Virus record (IMG/VR): IMGVR_UViG_3300025646_005470
DNA length: 64,000 nucleotides
Direction: 5' to 3' (one strand)
Source: a virus
Shown: piece after piece, positions 57,675 to 64,000 of the stretch
How positions within the stretch are numbered: the first letter of the stretch is position 1
Layout of the letters: each line of letters begins with the position of its first letter
Program-made: the position numbers and the translations under genes
The notes under the pieces: model-generated
What the model was told of the DNA's origin: nothing
Databases searched by the model: none
What the model saw: only the letters and a program-made list of their open reading frames with translations

Positions 57675-57893
57675 ATGAAAATTAAAGAAATAGACGAAAA
57701 TTTTAGTGGTGCAATTGCTAGTGTGGCTATGCCTTTAGGTGCTAAAAAGAAGAAAAAATCCAAAACAGAAGACGCTGTTATTGGTGGGTACATCAGTAAT
57801 ACTAACAAACGCTATGGTCCTCTAAAAGGTCCTAAATTTACTGCTGGTGCAGGCATGCCTAATAATCCGTATCCATCTAAGAAAAACAAGTAA
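57675..57893 (+). CDS. Small basic protein MKIKEIDENFSG... (72 aa), probable internal head protein
   Basis: ATAAATA at 57660-57666 just before ATG 57675. Confidence 0.6.
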   Translation: MKIKEIDENFSGAIASVAMPLGAKKKKKSKTEDAVIGGYISNTNKRYGPLKGPKFTAGAGMPNNPYPSKKNK

Positions 57894-57952
57894 TTAGATT
57901 AACAGCATATATAACGTAAATTCAATAAATACGCTTATATAGATAAAACACA

Positions 57953-58513
57953 ATGAAAAAATATGATCAGTACACAGCCGCAGACAGAATTGATGCTCAT
58001 CTGCATGACAATGACATACACTATCTTACAGGTGATATTGACAACGACTCTGTAACCGAAGCAGTAAAATGGATACTAAGTGCAAACCTCAACAAGAAAC
58101 CCAAACGCACATTAAAACTGTATATTAATTCATATGGTGGAGATCTATATGAAGCATTTGCACTAATTGATATTATGAAAAATAGTCATCATCATATTTC
58201 AACTATTGGTGTTGGTGCTGTAATGAGTTCAGCACTATTAATTTTTGCTAGTGGCAAACAAGGCGAAAGATATGTTGCTAAAAACACAGGAATTATGAAC
58301 CATCAGCACTCAGATATGATGGAATCCAAAATGCACGACATGAGATCACAAATGAAAGAAAACAACAACTGTGAACTGCGTTGTCTAAATATATTACGTG
58401 AAGCAACTGGGTTGAGCCTAGCAGATGTACGTAAAAAATTAAATTCGCCTAGCGATCAATACTTTACGGCCAAACAGATGATTGATTTAAACCTGGCCGA
58501 TCATATCTTATAA
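57953..58513 (+). CDS. clpP: ClpP-like serine protease
   Basis: LTGDID, LYINSYGGD, VMSSA (Ser), IMNHQ (His), YFTA..M.DLNLAD. Confidence 0.9.
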   Translation: MKKYDQYTAADRIDAHLHDNDIHYLTGDIDNDSVTEAVKWILSANLNKKPKRTLKLYINSYGGDLYEAFALIDIMKNSHHHISTIGVGAVMSSALLIFASGKQGERYVAKNTGIMNHQHSDMMESKMHDMRSQMKENNNCELRCLNILREATGLSLADVRKKLNSPSDQYFTAKQMIDLNLADHIL

Positions 58514-58518
58514 AGCAT

Positions 58519-58547
58519 TTGATTTTATTAACAAACGGTAGTATAAT
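58519..58547 (+). promoter_or_regulatory. sigma70 promoter TTGATT-N17-TATAAT for the SGNH/GT cluster
   Basis: TTGATT 58519-58524 and TATAAT 58542-58547. Confidence 0.75.
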
Positions 58548-58553
58548 ATACAT

Positions 58554-59231
58554 ATGATAAATGTGATTACATCTGGATGTAGCTTCACCTACAATTCAGA
58601 AATGACTTGGGTGGGCAAACTAGAAGAACTATGGCAAGTACATAACGTGGCTTCATGTGCCGCTGGGCAAGATTACATTTCAAGACAAGCAATTGATAAA
58701 TTAGAACAACTCAAAGGTCAACGCAATATATTAGTTTGTCAGTGGAGCGGCATACATCGTCGTGCGTTTTTAACTGAACATGATTTTGGATTTGCTCAAG
58801 GATCACCCTACATAGACAAAACACAAAATGGCTATTGGGTTAAGAACGGTGGCAATGGTGTAGACAGCAAGGTATCTAAAAACGAACTTGCAGAAAAACA
58901 TTTGTTTGAACCTTACAGAAAAATCTACAACGAAAAACAAAGTGCTATTGAAAGTTTAGAACATATTGCAAGAACACAATGGTACTGTAAACTTAATCAT
59001 ATACCTATGCTAAACTTTTGGTGGAAAGATGAAATGTCAAACGTTGATGTAGATATTTCACTAGTTGATTGGAAACAATTTTGGTTTCACAAGAAAACAG
59101 GCGGTATGGCAGAATGGTGCGTTGATGAAATGTGGGATCCTGGATTTGCAGAAGGCAACCATCCTACAAAAGAACATCATGATAAGTTTGCTGAAGAAGT
59201 TATTATACCAAGGATAGCAAGTTTAATATGA
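58554..59231 (+). CDS. SGNH/GDSL-like protein, paralog B
   Basis: ITSGCSFT, NVASCAAGQ..I, GNHPT.EHH. Confidence 0.55.
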   Translation: MINVITSGCSFTYNSEMTWVGKLEELWQVHNVASCAAGQDYISRQAIDKLEQLKGQRNILVCQWSGIHRRAFLTEHDFGFAQGSPYIDKTQNGYWVKNGGNGVDSKVSKNELAEKHLFEPYRKIYNEKQSAIESLEHIARTQWYCKLNHIPMLNFWWKDEMSNVDVDISLVDWKQFWFHKKTGGMAEWCVDEMWDPGFAEGNHPTKEHHDKFAEEVIIPRIASLI

Positions 59232-60370
59232 CATCATTAATTATAGGTCAATACATCAAAGAAGAATCCATAAGTCAATTTGTTGATATTGGAGAAAATT
59301 ACGAGTTGGCATTTTATGGCAGTGATATTGATTATCCTTTTATCAAACACGATGTTTGGAATCACGGTGTACCAAATGCAATTAAAATGGGTGGCAAGAA
59401 ATTATGTATATGTTACATGCGTGAACCTGCATTTGAACATGACCTGCATGTTGAAAAACAAATACTGCTTGGACATGACTTAGTCAACTATCACAATATT
59501 GATCCAAAAAGCATTTATTATTTTTATTCCACAGACTTAGGCAAAGAAACACACAAGGCAATTGCTGAAAAACACAACTTGGAACCAAAGCCATTTAATA
59601 TTATTACGTTTCCATACTATGAAGTAGATGCATACAAAAAAATTATTGAACAAAAAATTTGTGATCATGTTACTCCACAAGAAGCTCGAACCAAAAATGC
59701 AGTAAGAACATTTTTGTCATTAAATGGTAAGCCAGACAAGTTTATGAGATTGAAACAGGTTGCACTTTATTGGCAACGTAGATTGATGAATAATGGATTA
59801 ATTACTTTAACAAGAACAGAAGAAGATCAAAGACATTTCCCCAATCTAAAAGATTATTATCCATATGTATCAAGCATACTGTCAGAAAAAGATTTTGAAA
59901 AGTTTTGTAAGCACTGGCCACATTCGTTAGATGAAGAAAATGTTAATCAAGGTCTATATGGCAAACATTTTAGTGGATATCCATTTGATAAAAAATTATT
60001 TGCTGACACGTATCTAAGTGTTGTGTCTGAAACACACAGTGGCGCACACGATTGCAATCCACAATTTTTCCCAACAGAAAAAACCTACAAAGCAATTATT
60101 AATTGTCATCCTTTTGTGATGCTATCAACACAACATTATTTAAAAGAATTACAAGCACAAGGTTATAAAACATTTGCACCATATATAGATGAATCATACG
60201 ATAACGAAACAAGTGCATACAAAAGAATGAACTTAGCAATTGATCAAGTTGAACATCTGTGTAAAAACGGTGTGCCTGTTGATATGTTGCAGACTGCAAT
60301 ATATAACTACGCACACTTGCAAAGTCGTGTGCTAATACATTTAGAATTAGTAAAAGGATTAATGCAATGA
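59228..60370 (+). CDS. Glycosyltransferase-like 'TEK' family, paralog 2
   Basis: FLSLNGKP, LSVVSETH, FPTEKTYKAIINCHPF, GYKTFAPYIDESYD. Confidence 0.5.
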   Translation: MTSLIIGQYIKEESISQFVDIGENYELAFYGSDIDYPFIKHDVWNHGVPNAIKMGGKKLCICYMREPAFEHDLHVEKQILLGHDLVNYHNIDPKSIYYFYSTDLGKETHKAIAEKHNLEPKPFNIITFPYYEVDAYKKIIEQKICDHVTPQEARTKNAVRTFLSLNGKPDKFMRLKQVALYWQRRLMNNGLITLTRTEEDQRHFPNLKDYYPYVSSILSEKDFEKFCKHWPHSLDEENVNQGLYGKHFSGYPFDKKLFADTYLSVVSETHSGAHDCNPQFFPTEKTYKAIINCHPFVMLSTQHYLKELQAQGYKTFAPYIDESYDNETSAYKRMNLAIDQVEHLCKNGVPVDMLQTAIYNYAHLQSRVLIHLELVKGLMQ

Positions 60371-61374
60371 CAATACTGTATAACAGTTATCCTTATTGGA
60401 GGTATACTCCAAGTAAAAATGGAGAACGTGAAGGTTTATTTGTTGGCGATCCTTTACCACTTATGGTTGCCCATGCTCGTAAATATCATAACTGCAAAGA
60501 AAACAAACAACCGTGTGCATTTGTTATTGAAGAACTAACTGAATCAGACTTACCAGGACCATCGTTAGAAGATGACTTACCTGTGTTTGAAATGCTACAC
60601 AAACGTTTACAAGAAAATGCAATTGATCAAAATGATGTGCATATAATAATGCCCAGCATTAATTTTAATGAACAATATGATCGTTGGTGTAAAGATAACA
60701 ATCAAAACTATGTGATAAAAAATACATACACATATCCATTTTACTTTTTAACACTGCAACGCAAATATGAACATGTACAAGAATTTAATTATAAACGCAA
60801 CAAACATCTAATGAGTTTAAACGGTGCAGTAAAACCCATGCGTTTAGATTTTGTAAACTTCTGTAAACAAAATAACCTAATGGACAATTACATCAGTTTG
60901 GTTGATGTCTATAATACTACACAAGAAAACATAGAACCAATCACATTAGATATAGAAGCAGATGATTTAATCAAAGATGATAAAATAGTTCCAAAAGAAT
61001 TAATGGCCAACAGTTGGTTAAACATTATCAACGAAACACACGAAGATGACACTGTGTTCTTTACAGAGAAATCATGGAAGCCTATTCTAAACTTGCAATT
61101 GTTTTTATATTATGGCACAGGCAATGCACAAGCATATTATGATAATTTAAGATCATATGGATTTAAATTATATGATGAAGTACTTGATTACAACAACGAT
61201 CCTAAACAAGAAATACTAAAATTTTGCTCAACACCGCTAGATCAAATTGCAGTTGATATAGAAGCAGTAAAAGAAAAAATGCTGTACAATCAACAACTAG
61301 CACTTGACACAGACTGGCAAACCAAGTATCATAAGGTTATATATGAACAGATATCTAATAACATCGGGGTGTAG
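60367..61374 (+). CDS. Glycosyltransferase-like 'TEK' family, paralog 3
   Basis: LMSLNG, LNIINETH, FFTEKSWKPI. Confidence 0.5.
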   Translation: MTILYNSYPYWRYTPSKNGEREGLFVGDPLPLMVAHARKYHNCKENKQPCAFVIEELTESDLPGPSLEDDLPVFEMLHKRLQENAIDQNDVHIIMPSINFNEQYDRWCKDNNQNYVIKNTYTYPFYFLTLQRKYEHVQEFNYKRNKHLMSLNGAVKPMRLDFVNFCKQNNLMDNYISLVDVYNTTQENIEPITLDIEADDLIKDDKIVPKELMANSWLNIINETHEDDTVFFTEKSWKPILNLQLFLYYGTGNAQAYYDNLRSYGFKLYDEVLDYNNDPKQEILKFCSTPLDQIAVDIEAVKEKMLYNQQLALDTDWQTKYHKVIYEQISNNIGV

Positions 61375-62122
61375 TTTTACTGCACACGCAGTAGAGCCAA
61401 ACATTGCCTGGCCAAATCATATCGCAGATTGGCAAGTGATCAACTGTGCGGAAATGGCTAGTGGCAATGGATTGATCAGCAGGAACTTGATTGCTACCAT
61501 ACCACACTATGTGGATAAAAATCCCACAGTGGCAGTGATGTGGTCAAATCCAAATCGTTTTGAATTATTTTACAATCAGGAATCGCCTAACTATGATAAA
61601 ATTTATAATGATATGAAGGGCAATGGTGGATTCCAAAATCAACCATACACAGGCAAATGGCAAACCCATGCTACATCTAATTGGGTAAAAAGTGGAGGTG
61701 GCTTTGGGCATTGGGAGTTTGACAGCAAAGAATTAAATCAAGATATGAAGTTGTATATCACAAATTACCACAACGAAGAACTACAGTTTGTACAAACACT
61801 TGAACACATACTGAGAATACAATGGTATTGCAAAGCACACGGTTTAAAATTAATCAACATGTGTTGGCAAGATATATTTACAGGAAGTAACAATACAGAT
61901 GGAAACAATTCAAATGAACATGGTAATTTAATTGTTAATCGTTTTGAAAATGCTGTACACCTTTGGGAACAAGTTGATTGGTCAACATGGTGGTTCCACA
62001 ACAACTATGGTGGACTACGAGAGTGGTGTATTGACAAAGGTTACGAACAGTTTCCTGGAAGTCATCCTATAACTGAAGCACAACGGCATTTTGCAAAAGA
62101 GATAGTAGAAAGATTATTATAA
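61343..62122 (+). CDS. SGNH/GDSL-like protein, paralog C (start 61343)
   Basis: ITSGCSFT, NCAEMASGN..I, GSHP..EAQ. Confidence 0.55.
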   Translation: MNRYLITSGCSFTAHAVEPNIAWPNHIADWQVINCAEMASGNGLISRNLIATIPHYVDKNPTVAVMWSNPNRFELFYNQESPNYDKIYNDMKGNGGFQNQPYTGKWQTHATSNWVKSGGGFGHWEFDSKELNQDMKLYITNYHNEELQFVQTLEHILRIQWYCKAHGLKLINMCWQDIFTGSNNTDGNNSNEHGNLIVNRFENAVHLWEQVDWSTWWFHNNYGGLREWCIDKGYEQFPGSHPITEAQRHFAKEIVERLL

Positions 62123-62562
62123 TGTTAAAAATATTAATTATGGGATTACCAGGAAGTGGTAAAACTTATTTGGCAAATGCGTTGACACCAAAACTAAATG
62201 CAGTTTGGTTAAACGCAGATAAAGTAAGAGAAGAAGCAAATGATTGGGATTTCACCTATGAAGGTAGAACAAGACAGGCAAACAGAATGAAATCATTAGC
62301 ACAAAAGGCTGTTAATGACGGTAAACATGTTATTGCTGATTTTGTATGTCCATTACCAGAAACAAGAAAAGATTTTGATGCAGATTATACAGTATGGGTA
62401 GATACAATAAAAGAAGGTAGATTTGATGATACAAATAAAATGTTTGTACCACCCAAAGAATATGACTTTAGAGTGCCTACTCAAAATGCTGAATTATGGT
62501 CAATAAGAATTGCAGATGAAATACAGGAATACAAATGGGACAAGAAGGCAAATTATGATTAA
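62122..62562 (+). CDS. cysC: Adenylylsulfate (APS) kinase-like P-loop kinase
   Basis: GLPGSGKT, LNAD.VR, DF..EGR.RQ..RM, ADFVCP. Confidence 0.7.
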   Translation: MLKILIMGLPGSGKTYLANALTPKLNAVWLNADKVREEANDWDFTYEGRTRQANRMKSLAQKAVNDGKHVIADFVCPLPETRKDFDADYTVWVDTIKEGRFDDTNKMFVPPKEYDFRVPTQNAELWSIRIADEIQEYKWDKKANYD

Positions 62563-63406
62563 CATCGTGACAAGCGGCTGTTCATTTACACATGACCCAG
62601 ACAGTTGGGCAAATGTTTTACAGAAAAAGTTATCAGACAAATACACAGTTACTAATGTTGCACAAGGCGGAGTAGGACAAGAATATATTGTGCGTTCTGC
62701 TATTATGAAATTACAACAATTAACAACTCCAAAATTATGCATTGTACAATTTTCTGGTTTTTGGAGAGCAACTTTACATTTAGATAAATTAGAAAATCCA
62801 GAATTATTTGAAAAACTAAAAAGTGAAAAAATAAAATGGGATACTAGACAATGTTATAATGAATCTATTAAAATAGATAATATGATTATGCTAAAAACTA
62901 CAGATCTAAATCATGCATGGTGGGATTCTTCAAAACTAGAATTAACTTCAAAAATTATCAATGGATATAATTTAGCAGTATCAAGCGATCAAAGAACTAT
63001 GTTATCATATGAAAATATATCACATTTACAAATGTATTGTAAACTTAATAAAATTCCTTTATTGTGTTTCTTTGGATGGCAAGATTGTTTAGAACATCCA
63101 TATAATATAGAATTGGTAAATCAAATTAGAGAACAAGTTGACTGGAAAAATATATGGTTTCATAAAAATGGTGGCGGAATGGCAGAATGGATGTTGGATA
63201 ATGGGCACCATGGAAAATTAGAAGAAGACAAAACTAATAATCCGCCAACAGGATTAGAAAATGTGCGTGGACATAGATTAAATTTACAAACTAATAAAAA
63301 AAGCGAAAAAACAGAATGGAAAAGGATAATGGGGCACCCTACAGCAGAAGCTCACGAAGCCTTCTGCAAAGAAATAATTATACCATGGATAAAAGAAAAT
63401 GATTAA
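62555..63406 (+). CDS. SGNH/GDSL-like protein, paralog D (start 62555)
   Basis: VTSGCSFT, NVAQGGVGQ..I, MGHPT.EAH. Confidence 0.55.
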   Translation: MINIVTSGCSFTHDPDSWANVLQKKLSDKYTVTNVAQGGVGQEYIVRSAIMKLQQLTTPKLCIVQFSGFWRATLHLDKLENPELFEKLKSEKIKWDTRQCYNESIKIDNMIMLKTTDLNHAWWDSSKLELTSKIINGYNLAVSSDQRTMLSYENISHLQMYCKLNKIPLLCFFGWQDCLEHPYNIELVNQIREQVDWKNIWFHKNGGGMAEWMLDNGHHGKLEEDKTNNPPTGLENVRGHRLNLQTNKKSEKTEWKRIMGHPTAEAHEAFCKEIIIPWIKEND

Positions 63407-64000
63407 CTTGTTGTATCAAACTTGGATTAACAATATACCTATATCAAACAGTGTACCACCACACAAACGTAAAATAGAATCTAACGGATATGGTAATGTC
63501 AAATGCAACTATTTAGAAAAAATGTTAGAAGTAGTTGATATAAAATGGAATTCTAAAACCATTGAAAATATAAATCCAGATGAAATCACATACTATCATA
63601 TACAACCAGAATGGATTGACTTGGCTTTCTTTTATGAAAATGTATTTCATTATATTGACGAACCTGTGTTAAATTTACTGCGTGATCCAAATAATAAAGT
63701 AAGATTACTAATATGGTTTCCAAGCGAAGGATTTCATTTGTCAATGCCAAGATTTTTAGATGACATAACTTGGAGCATCAATGACAAAGGTGTACCTTTT
63801 GACAAAGTAAGAATGGTGTATGGTGATTTAAAAATTGAACACAATTACGAAAAATATTTATTTTATAAACGTCTAGGTGAAGATCAAAAAATTACAATGT
63901 ATCCTTTTAATGTATTTGAAACAAACTATAGACACGAATGTGATCTAAGATACTTTATGAATCACAAACGTAAAGGTGTTGATGCTGAACGGGAATTAAT
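63399..64000 (+). CDS. Partial ORF (MINLLYQTWINN...), N-terminal part of a probable further GT-like paralog
   Basis: Open to the window end; overlaps the previous stop; the region '..SEG....F......ND.GVPFDKV...YGD' resembles the N-termini of 59228 and 60367. Confidence 0.6.
   Translation, partial: MINLLYQTWINNIPISNSVPPHKRKIESNGYGNVKCNYLEKMLEVVDIKWNSKTIENINPDEITYYHIQPEWIDLAFFYENVFHYIDEPVLNLLRDPNNKVRLLIWFPSEGFHLSMPRFLDDITWSINDKGVPFDKVRMVYGDLKIEHNYEKYLFYKRLGEDQKITMYPFNVFETNYRHECDLRYFMNHKRKGVDAEREL

Noticed and set aside
62500-62562. APS-kinase-like gene possibly truncated from a longer fusion (ends ..EYKWDKKANYD)
   Set aside because: No slippery site or continuing domain is visible; the next frame is a complete SGNH-like gene
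14005-63406. Longer N-termini given in the ORF track for 14364, 20857, 26915, 28418, 29494, 57558, 61304 and 62510
   Set aside because: They overlap promoters, terminators or neighbouring genes; downstream starts fit better
1-64000. Stop-codon reassignment, inteins, transposases, diversity-generating retroelement
   Set aside because: Core genes are full length in the standard code, with no intein C/HN motifs or size excess in gp20/23/46/47 and no RT or transposase motifs

Overview
This is a 64-kb segment of a large, AT-rich, T4-superfamily (myovirus-type) phage genome using the standard genetic code. It holds the head module (gp20 portal, acidic core protein, gp21 protease, gp22 scaffold, gp23 capsid) and tail/baseplate genes (tape measure candidate, gp26-like, gp53, hub, gp5, gp25, gp6, a 3786-aa wedge/fibre protein, several fibres). 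It also holds the gp55-gp47-gp46 operon, a Holliday-junction resolvase, NUDIX and ClpP genes, and a large accessory set of radical-SAM, glycosyltransferase-like, SGNH-like, sulfotransferase-like, APS-kinase-like and FkbM genes. Structural genes follow T4-type (T)ATAAATA late promoters, while accessory and recombination operons follow near-consensus sigma70 promoters. Two signals are not explained by the ORF track. (1) There is a probable programmed -1 frameshift (T TTT TTC plus a 3' hairpin) at the end of the gp26-like gene. It would add a gp51-like C-terminal domain, resembling lambda G/GT tail chaperones, in a gene divergent from the tape-measure gene. (2) There is an approximately 450-nt ORF-free, heavily structured region at 14385-14833 with its own sigma70 promoter, GNRA loops and strand-specific G-U pairs, a candidate large ncRNA or origin RNA. 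A hidden 34-aa membrane ORF, T4-like capsid-targeting N-termini and a blue-copper-type motif in the baseplate protein are also noted. No CRISPR array, tRNA, integrase or transposase was seen. All family assignments come from motif recognition by eye; no searches were run.
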